A model generated the notes under the pieces. The model was not told the origin of the DNA, searched no databases, and saw only the letters and a program-made list of their open reading frames with translations. From NCBI GenBank assembly GCA_037143555.1, contig JBAWYL010000011.1, forward strand, positions 6,372-70,371: 64,000 nt of DNA. Reading direction: 5' to 3'. The DNA is from Chlorobiaceae bacterium. Its GTDB lineage: Bacteria; Bacteroidota; Chlorobiia; Chlorobiales; Chlorobiaceae. Position numbers and translations under genes: made by a program. Positions 8,278 through 18,601 of this stretch are shown here, piece by piece (position 1 is the stretch's first letter; the number at the start of each line of letters is the position of its first letter).

Positions 8278-10944
8278 CTATTCGAGGGTGCTGTTCAGAT
8301 GCCAGTTATAGGGAAGGAAGCGGATATGCATGGATGAAAGATTTTTTTCAATCCACTCTTTTTTTTCTGGCGGAACATAGGGAAGCAGCGAAAGGACTGT
8401 ATCTCGATTACTGCTTCCAAAATCCTCTTTATACCAGCTGAAGATTGACGATATCCAGAGCGTATTGCTTTGGGTGTCAAGTTTTATTCCATTCCGGTTT
8501 ATAAAACTTCTTGCAGCGGTATCAAGCTGTTGATCAATAATTGCAGCATCATAGAATTCAACGGGAGGGCATGATGAGGCTGCGCAAACCAGTGCAAAGT
8601 GAATGCGGTAATCAAATGAACTGACGATGAAAAGCCTCCGTGGATCAGAGTTGGAAAAAGGCTTGAAGGGAAAGAATGGATGTGGACGGTTATGTCTCAG
8701 GATTCCATGCTCTATGTCATCGGGGGTAAACAGGAATCCGCCGATAGCATAGCTGATCCTGCCGAAAAAATTGATGATTTCAAGCACTGAACCGCGAATG
8801 CCGAATTCAATAACTCCGTGAATGATGAGAATATTGTAAATGTTGATCCAGAATGCTTTTTTTTCATCATCAGTTTGAAGCGTTTCCAGATTAAAGGTGT
8901 TAAGCAACTCCGCCAGCTTAAGGTATTTGTTGAACCCTTCAGATTTTTTGATTGCCTCATAATTGACCGTTCCTTTTTCAGCATTAAAATATGCACCCTG
9001 CAGGGAAACTAATCTCTGTTTAAGCCTGGCGCCGATATCTATGACGTCTGCTTGTTTAACGTCACTGCTTTCATTCAGCGTTACCTTTACCGGTATGAAA
9101 TTTCGCAGCCTCTCGCTGAATGAAGGTTTTTTTTCTTTTGTTTCTGTCACGTGAATGTTGGCAGACAAAATTGCACAAACCGCGTTTATATAGCCGATAT
9201 GACTGAAAGCCTGAGGGAAATTTCCAAGCATCTCCCGGTTTGCAGTGTCAAACTCTTCGGAAAAGAGACCGAGCTTGTTTGATGCAACGACCGTGTCTTT
9301 AAGCAGTTCAAGGGCCTCTTCAGTTTTTCCGGCAAGAGCAAGGCACTCCACCAGCCAAAAATTACACAGAACAAATCCTCCTTCATTTCCCTTAAGTCCA
9401 TCCTGAGAACGGTATCGCATCAGAAAACCCTTATTCATCAATTGCTTCCGGCATGCCTGGATTGTTCTTTCAATCCTTGGATCCCGCACAGGGAGAAATC
9501 CCGTAAGCGGGAGCTGCAGAAGACTCGCGTCAAGATCACTAGAACCGTAAGTCTGTACAAAACATTGAAGGGTATGGTTGTATCCATTGTCAATAATGTC
9601 ATCTTTGATCCGGTTCCGTTCCTTAAGCCAGAGCTCAAGAGGGGCATCAAAGCCAAAACGCCGGGCAATAGTTATTCCTCTGTCTAAAGCAACCCAGCAC
9701 ATGACTTTCGAATAGACAAAATGATGCGGTCCATTTCGCACTTCCCAGATCCCGTCATCCGGTTTTTGCCAGTTTTCAATAGCGAGGCCGCATATCTCTC
9801 TGAAAAAAGGCCAAAGCTTTTCATCAATTTTTCCTGCGTAATCCGACAATCGGAGCGCACAATCCATAACCTCACCATAAATATCCCACTGATGTTGTCG
9901 ATGAGCATCGTTACCTATTCTCACCGGTCGAGAATTGCGGTACCCTTTTAAATGATCGAGTTCTTTTTCCTCAAGGTGTTTAATGCCTTGCAGGGTATAC
10001 ATAATCTGCAAGTTCAGGCTTCCGTATTGACGATAAGTTGAATGCAGCCAGCAGAGATATGCATCAGCTTCAGTAACGTGACCAAGAGCAAAAAAAGCTT
10101 TCAGGGTAAAAGACGCATCTCTCAGCCAGCTGAAGCGGTAATCCCAGTTCCGTTCACCGCCAATAGTTTCCGGCAGGGAAGTCGTAGCGGCTGCGGCAAT
10201 AGCACCGGTTGGCTGAAAGGTCAAGAGTTTTAAAGCAAGCAAAGAACGATTGATCATTGAGGTGAACTCCCCAAGGTATGCACACCGTTCCCCAAAACAC
10301 CGAAAGACCCACTCCTGCCAGAATATTTTGTTTTCTTCAAACGGACAAGGCAGCTGTTCAGTTGTTTCCATGTACCCGTAGAAAAGATCAATATGAGCCT
10401 CTTCAAAAGTGTCAAGCGACAAGGAAAGCCTGAGCTCTCCCGCCCTGTTACTCATCAGGGTTCTCTTGTGGTTCTGAACGGTAAGTGTAAGAGTTTCCAG
10501 GCCGTTACGCATGATGAACCGGTTATCAGCTTCTTCAACAAGAGAGGGAGCTGCCGTTGCATACTCAGGTTTTGGTGCCAGCGTCAAGGTAAATGGCATG
10601 GAGCCACGGATGACTTTCAGACATCGGTGGATGCGCCGTTGTTTTGTATTGCCTGGCGCTGTGTTGTCTACCGGCATGAAGTCATAAAGAAGTGCTTCAG
10701 AGTGTTCTGTTGTGAATCTGCAGGAGAGGATGTTGGTGTTGGCAATATATTCCTGTTCGGAAGTGAAGGGTATTGATGGCTGCAGGCTGAAAAAACCCCC
10801 TTTTTCATCATCAAGCAGAGCTGCAAAGATTGTTGGAGAGTCGAGCCATGGAAGGGAGCAGTAGTCAATAGAGCCATCATTCGAAACAAGGGCGGCAGAA
10901 TGGAGATCCCCGATGAGTCCGTAATCGGCAATGCTTCTGTACAT
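8278..10944 (-). CDS. Glycoside hydrolase family 15 (glucoamylase/trehalase-like) fused to a C-terminal DUF547 domain
   Basis: GH15 motifs: YGLIGDLHSAALV, ERNWDYRFSWLRDAS, DDGIWEVR, LFSEEFD...GNFPQAFSH. DUF547 motifs: AFWINIYNILIIHGV, DDIEHGILR, RIHFALVCAASSCP. Confidence 0.9.
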   Translation of the reverse strand: MYRSIADYGLIGDLHSAALVSNDGSIDYCSLPWLDSPTIFAALLDDEKGGFFSLQPSIPFTSEQEYIANTNILSCRFTTEHSEALLYDFMPVDNTAPGNTKQRRIHRCLKVIRGSMPFTLTLAPKPEYATAAPSLVEEADNRFIMRNGLETLTLTVQNHKRTLMSNRAGELRLSLSLDTFEEAHIDLFYGYMETTEQLPCPFEENKIFWQEWVFRCFGERCAYLGEFTSMINRSLLALKLLTFQPTGAIAAAATTSLPETIGGERNWDYRFSWLRDASFTLKAFFALGHVTEADAYLCWLHSTYRQYGSLNLQIMYTLQGIKHLEEKELDHLKGYRNSRPVRIGNDAHRQHQWDIYGEVMDCALRLSDYAGKIDEKLWPFFREICGLAIENWQKPDDGIWEVRNGPHHFVYSKVMCWVALDRGITIARRFGFDAPLELWLKERNRIKDDIIDNGYNHTLQCFVQTYGSSDLDASLLQLPLTGFLPVRDPRIERTIQACRKQLMNKGFLMRYRSQDGLKGNEGGFVLCNFWLVECLALAGKTEEALELLKDTVVASNKLGLFSEEFDTANREMLGNFPQAFSHIGYINAVCAILSANIHVTETKEKKPSFSERLRNFIPVKVTLNESSDVKQADVIDIGARLKQRLVSLQGAYFNAEKGTVNYEAIKKSEGFNKYLKLAELLNTFNLETLQTDDEKKAFWINIYNILIIHGVIEFGIRGSVLEIINFFGRISYAIGGFLFTPDDIEHGILRHNRPHPFFPFKPFSNSDPRRLFIVSSFDYRIHFALVCAASSCPPVEFYDAAIIDQQLDTAARSFINRNGIKLDTQSNTLWISSIFSWYKEDFGSSNRDTVLSLLPYVPPEKKEWIEKNLSSMHIRFLPYNWHLNSTLE

Positions 10945-11008
10945 TTCGGAATTCCTGTTTTATCAAACAAAAAACCTGAAAACAATCCATAAAGTAAATA
11001 ATAATGAA

Positions 11009-12571
11009 TTATGACGAAGCGCCCGATAAAAGATCGCTAAACAGCAGAGCGGTTTCCTCATTATCAAACGAAAGGAATGTTTCGTGGAATTTTTGGCGTG
11101 CTTCTTCCTGCTTCTGAAACAGGGTTGTCATAAGGCCGCCGAGTGAAGCAGCATAGAGGCAATCTTTTTCGCTGACAGACACTACCGTGAGGCGTTCATG
11201 AAGAAACTGGAGCTGAACGGCAAAATCGACAAAGTCACCGAGATTTTCCTGCAGTTCCTTCATTTTCCTGATAACAGGAGTAATGGTTTTATGAGGAAAA
11301 ATCGAAGAGAAAAATTCAAGCAGATACCGAAGCTTCTTGCAGTCGATTCGAAGCGCATGCAGCTCGGCATCAGTTGTTTCCCGGCTGATTTGGCGACCAT
11401 GTCGGATTACTTTTTTCCATGCTTTTTTTATCGTCCCAACAGCAACGGTCATCGTTGAGAGGGAAGCATTCGGGGGGGCCAGCTTGGAATCAGGAAAAGA
11501 CTCTTGATGCACAAAGAGATTCCACTCTTCAAGAAGGGTTTGATAGGCACCGGATGCAAGATACAGGCAGAACTTTTTATGAAGTTTTTTGCGGGAAGCA
11601 GCAATATCGCTGAAAAAGAGTTTCAGTGGCTGCTGGAGAAATGGCGGGAGATAGTTGAAATAGCTCTTCTGCTGCAGAAGATACACGTCACTGTCCCGTA
11701 ACTGGTTTGTCTGTTTCGCGAGCTCTTTAAAGGCATTGAGGTATAAGGCAGTATCTTCTGAATCATAAACCCCCGTAAGCTGCTTCAGTATCGATCGGGT
11801 TCTGCGAATAGCTACTCGATAATCGTGCAAAAACTCAGTATCAATGTTGTTTCTGATTCCATACTCATTCTTTCGCAAGATGGACAGGGTGAATCGGAGC
11901 AGTTGTTGGGTGCTTTCATGAATGGAGGCATCGGCATCAAGGTCAAGCTTGATTTTCGAGGAGTAGCCTTGAACGTTTTGTCCGGACGCGGTCATGATCA
12001 GCAGAAAAAGCTCTTTGAAATCAAGAACACTTCCATCTGAGTTATAACGAACTGCTTTTTCTATTGTTTCCTGATATCCCCTTAATGGTATTATTGAAAG
12101 AAAAGAGGCGAATGGCTTCTGGTTTTTTTTGTCGGCAAAGTATAATGAGGTCGAGGTGAGAACACCGATGGTTTTTTCGTTGTCATCAAGAATGTGGTAC
12201 GAACGAAGAAAAGTATGTACGGAACAAAGCCTGATGAATGCCCTGATGTCGCTGTAAGTAGTGAGCATATCCTTCAGTTTTCCCGATGGCAGGTCATTAA
12301 GGGAAAAAAAGGAAGGATTCCGGCTGAATGCGACAGAGACAGTTTTATGACCGGTATTGAGGTCGACAAGAGAGAGGCTTTTTTTTGTTTTTACAATCGC
12401 AGCCTCTTTTTCGAATGCATTCCATTCAAAGGTATCGTAGTAATCAAGCTGCTCCTTGCTTGAAGAAAGAGTCTTTAGCTGCCATTCGGAAGGAAAAATA
12501 GTATCCCGCATCAGCCCCGAATCGTCGGAAGACTTTACTTCGAAATAAATTGTTTTCGTGGCGATGTTCAT
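11009..12571 (-). CDS. CHAD domain-containing protein (polyphosphate-binding family)
   Basis: EFLHDYRVAIRRTRSIL, LHALRIDCKKLRYLLEFF and LQENLGDFVD are CHAD signatures. The N-terminal region is CYTH-like. Confidence 0.9.
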   Translation of the reverse strand: MNIATKTIYFEVKSSDDSGLMRDTIFPSEWQLKTLSSSKEQLDYYDTFEWNAFEKEAAIVKTKKSLSLVDLNTGHKTVSVAFSRNPSFFSLNDLPSGKLKDMLTTYSDIRAFIRLCSVHTFLRSYHILDDNEKTIGVLTSTSLYFADKKNQKPFASFLSIIPLRGYQETIEKAVRYNSDGSVLDFKELFLLIMTASGQNVQGYSSKIKLDLDADASIHESTQQLLRFTLSILRKNEYGIRNNIDTEFLHDYRVAIRRTRSILKQLTGVYDSEDTALYLNAFKELAKQTNQLRDSDVYLLQQKSYFNYLPPFLQQPLKLFFSDIAASRKKLHKKFCLYLASGAYQTLLEEWNLFVHQESFPDSKLAPPNASLSTMTVAVGTIKKAWKKVIRHGRQISRETTDAELHALRIDCKKLRYLLEFFSSIFPHKTITPVIRKMKELQENLGDFVDFAVQLQFLHERLTVVSVSEKDCLYAASLGGLMTTLFQKQEEARQKFHETFLSFDNEETALLFSDLLSGASS

Positions 12572-12607
12572 TCTGTGTCAGTGTAAATAAGATATACTCA
12601 GAAAATA

Positions 12608-12639
12608 GCCGGTTGCATTAACCCTTACAAGCAGCCGGC
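12608..12639 (-). terminator. Probable terminator between phoR-like and CHAD genes
   Basis: gccggttgc ... gcagccggc stem, followed on the minus strand by tattttc. Confidence 0.55.
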
Positions 12640-12670
12640 AAAAGGTAGCGTTTTAAACATTACTGAGTTT

Positions 12671-14461
12671 TCAGGTGCTTTTACCGCTATGTTCTGGTGC
12701 AACAGGAAAAATAACACTGAATACGGATCCCTGGTTGACTCTCGAACGAACTTCAACATTGCCTTTATGAGCTAAAACAATATGTTTGACTATTGAGAGC
12801 CCCAGACCTGTTCCCCCGAGTTGCCTGGATCGTGCCTTGTCAACTCGGTAAAACCGTTCAAAAATTCTGTTGAGATCCTCTTTTGCTATACCGATACCGT
12901 TATCTTCAACCTCCACATGAACAGCATTGTCACTCATGAATGCTGAAACTTTTATCTTCCCGTTACTCTCATTAACATATTTAATGGCGTTATCAAGAAG
13001 ATTGCGGATGACAATTTCCAGATATACGGCATCAGCATAGACGGGAGGAAGATTTTTAGGGATATGGAGATCGAGCTTGATATTCTTTTTATCAACTGAT
13101 AGTTTCAGAAGAGTAACCGACTTTGTAATAACGCTTTTTATATCTACTGCCATGAACTTATAGACAATCTGTCCTGACTCAATTTTTGACAGGTCGAGCA
13201 CATCGTTAACCAGAGCCGTAAGCTGATGACTTGCCGCAAATATAATTTTTAGAAATTCAGCTGCATGTTGTGAATCATGCATCGCACCATCAAGCAGCGT
13301 TTCTGTATAGCCACTGATGACCGACAGCGGCGTCCGAAGCTCGTGTGAAACACTCGAAACAAAATCCTTTCGTATTCTCTCAAGCTTACGAAGTTTGGTG
13401 ATATCGTTCAGCACAAAAACGGTTCCATCAAACTGAGTGTTTTTCATGACAGGCATTGAACTGATTTGCAGAATGCGCTCTCCTTTTGAACTCATCACGG
13501 ATTGTTCCTCTTTGCGCAGCGTTATGCGCTCGTGGTGAACCTTGGCAAAAAGCTCTTGAAGCCTGGAATCGGTAAGGATCCTGAGAGGTCGGGACTTAAA
13601 CATAGCGCCTTCAATCCGGAATATTCTCGATGCAGCAGGATTAACCAGAATGATATCTCCGGCACTATCGGTTACAATGATGGCTTCACGAATACCCGAA
13701 AAAACTGCATGGTACCACTCTTCATTGCGATTCATTTTCTGTACGTCCTCACTCAAAACATTGAAAGCACGAGCCAGCAAGCCTATTTCATCCTTGCGAT
13801 CGACAGGGATCGCAGTTGAAAAATCACCATAAACTCTTTTTTGAGCAGTTTCGGCAAGACTCAGCAAGGGACGGGTAAGAAAAAAAGCAGTCAGAAGACC
13901 GGTGACAAGAGAAAAAAATAATGTCAGAAAGAGGCTCTGCTCAATATTCTTGTTCATTCCGATATTAAAGAGGCCTAAATCGTAAAGGGATTTGGAAAAT
14001 CGGAGAATCGCATAGGGCTTGGGTTGGCCTATTGGAACCGCCATATAGAGCATCTGCTCTTTTACGGTTTGACTGAGACGGGTGTTTTCACCATAACCAT
14101 CAACAAGTGCAGACTCAATTTCCGGCCTGTTCCGGTGGCTTTCAACGAGAGAAAGCTTGTCGGGAGAGACATAGGAATCTCCTATAACCCGTCCGTCGAG
14201 GTCAATTACCGTGATCCTGATATCAAGGGCACGGCCTAAGCGGTTTGCCCATGCATTCGCGTTTTCCGGCTTCAGTAATTCCTGAAAATTCTGTTCAAGG
14301 ATCTGCTTGTTGTAAAGAAGATCTTTACGCAGTTCCTTCTTTATTTCAGAAGACTGAATACAGGTAGTCTGACGGGCAAAATAGAGATAGCTTATGGAAG
14401 CGGTACAAAAAACAATCAAGCTGATGACAGCTGCAAGTTTTAAAAAAACCTTACTCTGCAT
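12671..14461 (-). CDS. phoR: PhoR-like sensor histidine kinase (TM-periplasmic-TM-HAMP-PAS-HisKA-HATPase)
   Basis: FVSSVSHELRTPLSVISGYTETLLDG H-box, NLLDNAIKY, and RIFERFYRVDKARSRQLGGTGLGLSIVKHIV. It overlaps the upstream regulator by 11 nt. Confidence 0.85.
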   Translation of the reverse strand: MQSKVFLKLAAVISLIVFCTASISYLYFARQTTCIQSSEIKKELRKDLLYNKQILEQNFQELLKPENANAWANRLGRALDIRITVIDLDGRVIGDSYVSPDKLSLVESHRNRPEIESALVDGYGENTRLSQTVKEQMLYMAVPIGQPKPYAILRFSKSLYDLGLFNIGMNKNIEQSLFLTLFFSLVTGLLTAFFLTRPLLSLAETAQKRVYGDFSTAIPVDRKDEIGLLARAFNVLSEDVQKMNRNEEWYHAVFSGIREAIIVTDSAGDIILVNPAASRIFRIEGAMFKSRPLRILTDSRLQELFAKVHHERITLRKEEQSVMSSKGERILQISSMPVMKNTQFDGTVFVLNDITKLRKLERIRKDFVSSVSHELRTPLSVISGYTETLLDGAMHDSQHAAEFLKIIFAASHQLTALVNDVLDLSKIESGQIVYKFMAVDIKSVITKSVTLLKLSVDKKNIKLDLHIPKNLPPVYADAVYLEIVIRNLLDNAIKYVNESNGKIKVSAFMSDNAVHVEVEDNGIGIAKEDLNRIFERFYRVDKARSRQLGGTGLGLSIVKHIVLAHKGNVEVRSRVNQGSVFSVIFPVAPEHSGKST

Positions 14462-15161
14462 GGACAAAATCCAGTTTTTCCTCAAGTTTGTAACCAAGTC
14501 CACGGACAGTTTTAATCAAACGTCCTGTTTTTCCGAGTTTTTCGCGGATTCTTGTAATATGGGTATCAATGGTTCTTGTGTTGATTGTCATGTCGACATC
14601 CCAGACATCGCTGAGCAGTCTCTCCCTTGACTGGGCCTCTCCTTTATGTTTGAGCAATGCGGCAAGAAGTTTGAATTCCATAAGGGTCAGTAACAGCTCA
14701 TTGCCATCAAGCGTCACAATGTGTCGTGTTAAATCGACTTCAAGACCGGCAACTTTGAGTACCTCCTGCATTTTACCACCTTGTCGCCGATCCCGCTTCA
14801 GGATTGCCCGTATTCTGAGGTTCAGTTCACGAGGGCTGAACGGCTTGACAACATAGTCATCTATGCCAAGTTCAAAGCCGAGAATCCTGTCGATTTCCTC
14901 ACCTTTTGCGGTAAGCATAATGATAGGAATATTTTTATAGAGGTTATGCTGCCTGATATTTCGGCATACTTCAAATCCGTCCATTCCCGGCAGCATGACA
15001 TCAAGCAGTACCAGATCAAAGCTTTTCCGAGAAAGCTGCTCAAGTCCATCTTCACCGGAGCTTGAAAGAAGGCATTTATTGCCAGCCCGTTCAAGGTTAT
15101 ATTCCAGAAGTTTCGCAAGGTTCTGGTCATCCTCTATAACAAGAAGCATTGGATCCGGCAT
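14451..15161 (-). CDS. phoB: PhoB/OmpR-family response regulator
   Basis: IEDD, LLDVMLPGMDG, MLTAKGEE, KPFSPREL and RTIDTHITRIREKL...IKTVRGLGY motifs. It is paired with the PhoR-like kinase. Confidence 0.85.
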   Translation of the reverse strand: MPDPMLLVIEDDQNLAKLLEYNLERAGNKCLLSSSGEDGLEQLSRKSFDLVLLDVMLPGMDGFEVCRNIRQHNLYKNIPIIMLTAKGEEIDRILGFELGIDDYVVKPFSPRELNLRIRAILKRDRRQGGKMQEVLKVAGLEVDLTRHIVTLDGNELLLTLMEFKLLAALLKHKGEAQSRERLLSDVWDVDMTINTRTIDTHITRIREKLGKTGRLIKTVRGLGYKLEEKLDFVHAE

Positions 15162-15300
15162 AGATAGTATGGTTATAAATTATAGAACCAGAATGTAGCT
15201 TTACATCTAAGTGTTATTCCTCTAAGGTATAGTTTGAGTATAACCATTTTTCATAAAGAGGTCAGCGCGAGTTTTCTGTGGATGTGATTTTTTCTATTCT

Positions 15301-15318
15301 TTAACATATCCGTAACAA
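15301..15318 (-). promoter_or_regulatory. Putative Pho box
   Basis: The minus strand reads TTGTTAC-GGAT-ATGTTAA: two 7-nt units with an 11-nt period, resembling CTGTCAT-N4-CTGTCAC. It lies about 140 nt upstream of phoB. Confidence 0.4.
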
Positions 15319-15537
15319 TATATCCTTGTCTATTGATGTAAATTTGGCCGATTATGTTAGAGCAGTTACCTGTTCCCCTGAATGATTGAATGAGATAGTT
15401 ATTTAGTCTCTCTATTGGCGGATGAGAAGAAAGAGTAGAGTCTGGTCGGGTAGAATCGACCATGAAATAGGTATATTCGCCATTATTATGACCTTTTTTT
15501 CGAGAGTTCTGTTGATAATGGATTGTTTTTTGTGACC

Positions 15538-17256
15538 ATGGTAGAAAAGAACTTAAAAAAACCCCTGCCTTATTTTTGGGACCTTGTCGCCTTTGCGCTT
15601 GTAATGGGGCTCATTACCCTTTTGGCATGGGGAAGCCGTCAGATGGCAGTGCCTTACATTCCGGGTGATCAGATACCTCTTTCCCTCGATCCGGTAAATC
15701 TTCCCTTGTACGCACTGCGTACTGTTCTCAGGATGGTGGCAGCACTTTTGTTCTCTTTTGTGTTTACCTTCATCTATGCAACATTAGCAGCCAAAAGCAG
15801 ACGGGCAGAGAGCATTCTTGTACCACTGCTCGACATCCTTCAATCAGTACCGATCCTTGGGTTTCTCTCCATAACTGTCACCGGGTTTATCGCCCTCTTT
15901 CCCGGAAACCTTCTCGGCGTTGAGATGGCCGCCATATTTGCCATCTTCACCTCCCAGGCATGGAATATGGCCTTCAGTTTTTACCAGTCGCTGAAAACTG
16001 TTCCAAAGGAACTTCAGGAAGCTTCTAACCTTTTTGGTCTCTCATCCTGGCAAAAGTTCTGGAAACTTGAGGCCCCTTTTGCCACACCGAACCTGATCTG
16101 GAATACAATGATGTCAGTTTCAGGCGGCTGGTTTTTCGTTGTAGCTTCGGAGGCCATCACTGTTGGTAAAACTGCTGTTACTCTTCCCGGCATTGGTTCC
16201 TATGTGGCTCAGGCTATCCAGAGCAAAAACCTTGCTGCAATCGGTTATGCGCTTCTCACCATGCTGATTGTCATTCTTGTATACGATCAACTCCTGTTTC
16301 GTCCGTTGGTGGCATGGGCCGAAAAGTTCAAGTTTGAGCTGACCGAAAGTCAGGATGCAGCTGAATCATGGATTTTAACCCTGTTTCAACGTGCTCACGT
16401 ACTCCGTAACCTTGTAAAAGGAATCAGTAACGAATGGGTCATACTCGTCGAGCGACTTCCGAAGCTTCCGCGCCGTTCCATGAAGTTCACAGAAACTTCC
16501 TCACTGGTGATAAAAATACAGGGATTTACATGGTATGGGATCCTGATCGGCGCCATGACTGTCGGAGCATGGATGCTCTTGAGCTTCGTCATGAGCGGGG
16601 TGAATCATACCGAAATTTTCAAGGTTTTCATGCTGGGTCTTATAACACTCACCCGTGTCATGGTGTTACTGCTCCTTGCAAGCCTTTTGTGGGTTCCGCT
16701 TGGAGTTATCATTGGTCTCAATCCTCGACTCGCTACAAAGGTGCAGCCTCTTGCGCAGTTTCTGGCAGCCTTTCCGGCAAACCTGTTTTTCCCTGTCGCG
16801 GTATTCTTCCTGGTTAGATATCGTCTTTCACCCGAAATATGGACAGCCCCGCTTATGATCCTCGGTACCCAGTGGTATATCCTGTTCAACGTTATCGCCG
16901 GAGCATCAGCCATTCCAACTGATCTGCGCGAAGCGGCAAAAAACCTTGGACTTTCAGGATGGCGGCTATGGAAACACCTGCTGCTTCCAGGCATCATACC
17001 CTCACTTATCACCGGTTTGATTACTGCTTCAGGAGGTACCTGGAACGCCAGTATTGTTGCGGAGGTTGTCAGTTGGGGCAGTACAACAATTACCGCCACC
17101 GGTCTCGGTTCCTACATTGCCCAGTGGACTGAAAAAGGCGACTATCCGCATATTGTTCTTGGTATTGCTGTCATGAGCCTCTACGTTGTATTTTTCAACC
17201 GTTTCTTCTGGAAGCGGCTTTATAACATGTCCCAGACCCGTTTTCGTCTGGATTAG
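15538..17256 (+). CDS. NitT/TauT-family ABC transporter permease with two fused TM domains
   Basis: Two BPD_transp-like repeats, with EAA loops KTVPKELQEASNLFGLS and SAIPTDLREAAKNLGLS. Confidence 0.9.
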   Translation: MVEKNLKKPLPYFWDLVAFALVMGLITLLAWGSRQMAVPYIPGDQIPLSLDPVNLPLYALRTVLRMVAALLFSFVFTFIYATLAAKSRRAESILVPLLDILQSVPILGFLSITVTGFIALFPGNLLGVEMAAIFAIFTSQAWNMAFSFYQSLKTVPKELQEASNLFGLSSWQKFWKLEAPFATPNLIWNTMMSVSGGWFFVVASEAITVGKTAVTLPGIGSYVAQAIQSKNLAAIGYALLTMLIVILVYDQLLFRPLVAWAEKFKFELTESQDAAESWILTLFQRAHVLRNLVKGISNEWVILVERLPKLPRRSMKFTETSSLVIKIQGFTWYGILIGAMTVGAWMLLSFVMSGVNHTEIFKVFMLGLITLTRVMVLLLLASLLWVPLGVIIGLNPRLATKVQPLAQFLAAFPANLFFPVAVFFLVRYRLSPEIWTAPLMILGTQWYILFNVIAGASAIPTDLREAAKNLGLSGWRLWKHLLLPGIIPSLITGLITASGGTWNASIVAEVVSWGSTTITATGLGSYIAQWTEKGDYPHIVLGIAVMSLYVVFFNRFFWKRLYNMSQTRFRLD

Positions 17257-17266
17257 ATTCATACTT

Positions 17267-18586
17267 ATGAAAACACTGCATCCTCAGAATGATCTGCTGC
17301 ATCTGAAGAATATCGGCAAATCATTCAAAAAGTCCGGGGGAGAAGAGCATCTCGTTCTTGATGGAGTAAACCTCACCATCAAAGAGGGGGAGATCGTTGC
17401 ACTCCTTGGACGGTCAGGTTCGGGCAAGTCAACTCTGCTTCGAATCATTTCCGGCCTTGCCCGTCCGGGAACCGGTGAAGTGTTATACTCCGGTAAACCG
17501 GTTACCGGTCCGGTAAAAGGGCTTGCCATGGTTTTTCAGACGTTTGCCCTTTTCCCCTGGTTTACCGTCCTTGAAAATGTTGAACTCGGTCTCGATGCCA
17601 TGGGGGTGCATAAAGAAGAACGACGAAGGCGCGCTCTCGCTGCAATTGACCTCATCGGCCTTGACGGTTTTGAATCGGCCTACCCTAAGGAACTTTCCGG
17701 CGGGATGCGACAGCGGGTAGGGTTTGCCCGTGCGCTTGTTGTTGAACCGACACTTCTCCTGATGGACGAAGCCTTTTCAGCCCTCGACGTTCTCACTGCC
17801 GAAACGCTCCGCACCGATCTGATTGAACTTTGGCTGGAGCGGCGTATTCCCACCAAAGGGATTCTTCTTGTATCCCATAATATTGAGGAAGCAGTTCTTC
17901 TTGCCGATCGTATTGTCATTCTTGGTACCAATCCAGGGAGAATTCTCTCGGAAATCAAAATTTCCATTGAACATCCGCGCGATCGTGAAGCTCCCGAATT
18001 CCGGAAACTCGTCGATCGCGTCTATGAACTCATGACTAAACGTCCCCGCAGTGCTGCAAGTAAAGTCGAAGCCGTTCCCTTGTCCTATCGGTTACCCAGT
18101 GCCTCCATCAATCAACTTGCAGGGTTCATGGAAGCATTGGCCGCAGAGCCCTATAATGGAAAAGCTGATCTTCCCGAACTGGCCGATCAGATGGGATTTG
18201 ACGTCGAAGAGCTCTTTCCGCTGCTCGAAGCCCTTGAAATCCTTTCTTTCGCTCGTACCGAGGGAGGCGACGTTGAACTGACCCTTTCAGGGAAAAGCTA
18301 CGTGGATGCCGACATCCTGCAGCGCAAGGTGATTTTTGCAGAACATCTCATCCGCCATGTTGCCTTAGTGGCCCATGTTCGTCACGTTATTGATGATCGC
18401 CCCGGTAATCGTGCACCTGAGGACCGCTTTCTTCGGGAGCTCGAAGATTTCTTCAGCGAAGAAGAGGCCGAAAGAGTGCTGCAGGTTGCTATTGAGTGGG
18501 GCCGTTATGCCGAACATTTTGCTTATGAGGAGGGTTCGGGTATCCTGAGTTTCGAAAACCCGGCAAGCTCCCTGTCAGCTCCATAG
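17267..18586 (+). CDS. NitT/TauT-family ABC ATP-binding protein with C-terminal AAA-associated extension
   Basis: [17 protein letters not shown] and LLMDEAF motifs, plus about 170 aa of C-terminal extension (DLPELAD...LEALEILSFA...AIEWGRYAEHFAY). Confidence 0.9.
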   Translation: MKTLHPQNDLLHLKNIGKSFKKSGGEEHLVLDGVNLTIKEGEIVALLGRSGSGKSTLLRIISGLARPGTGEVLYSGKPVTGPVKGLAMVFQTFALFPWFTVLENVELGLDAMGVHKEERRRRALAAIDLIGLDGFESAYPKELSGGMRQRVGFARALVVEPTLLLMDEAFSALDVLTAETLRTDLIELWLERRIPTKGILLVSHNIEEAVLLADRIVILGTNPGRILSEIKISIEHPRDREAPEFRKLVDRVYELMTKRPRSAASKVEAVPLSYRLPSASINQLAGFMEALAAEPYNGKADLPELADQMGFDVEELFPLLEALEILSFARTEGGDVELTLSGKSYVDADILQRKVIFAEHLIRHVALVAHVRHVIDDRPGNRAPEDRFLRELEDFFSEEEAERVLQVAIEWGRYAEHFAYEEGSGILSFENPASSLSAP

Positions 18587-18601
18587 GGCATACAAGTCCG
18601 C

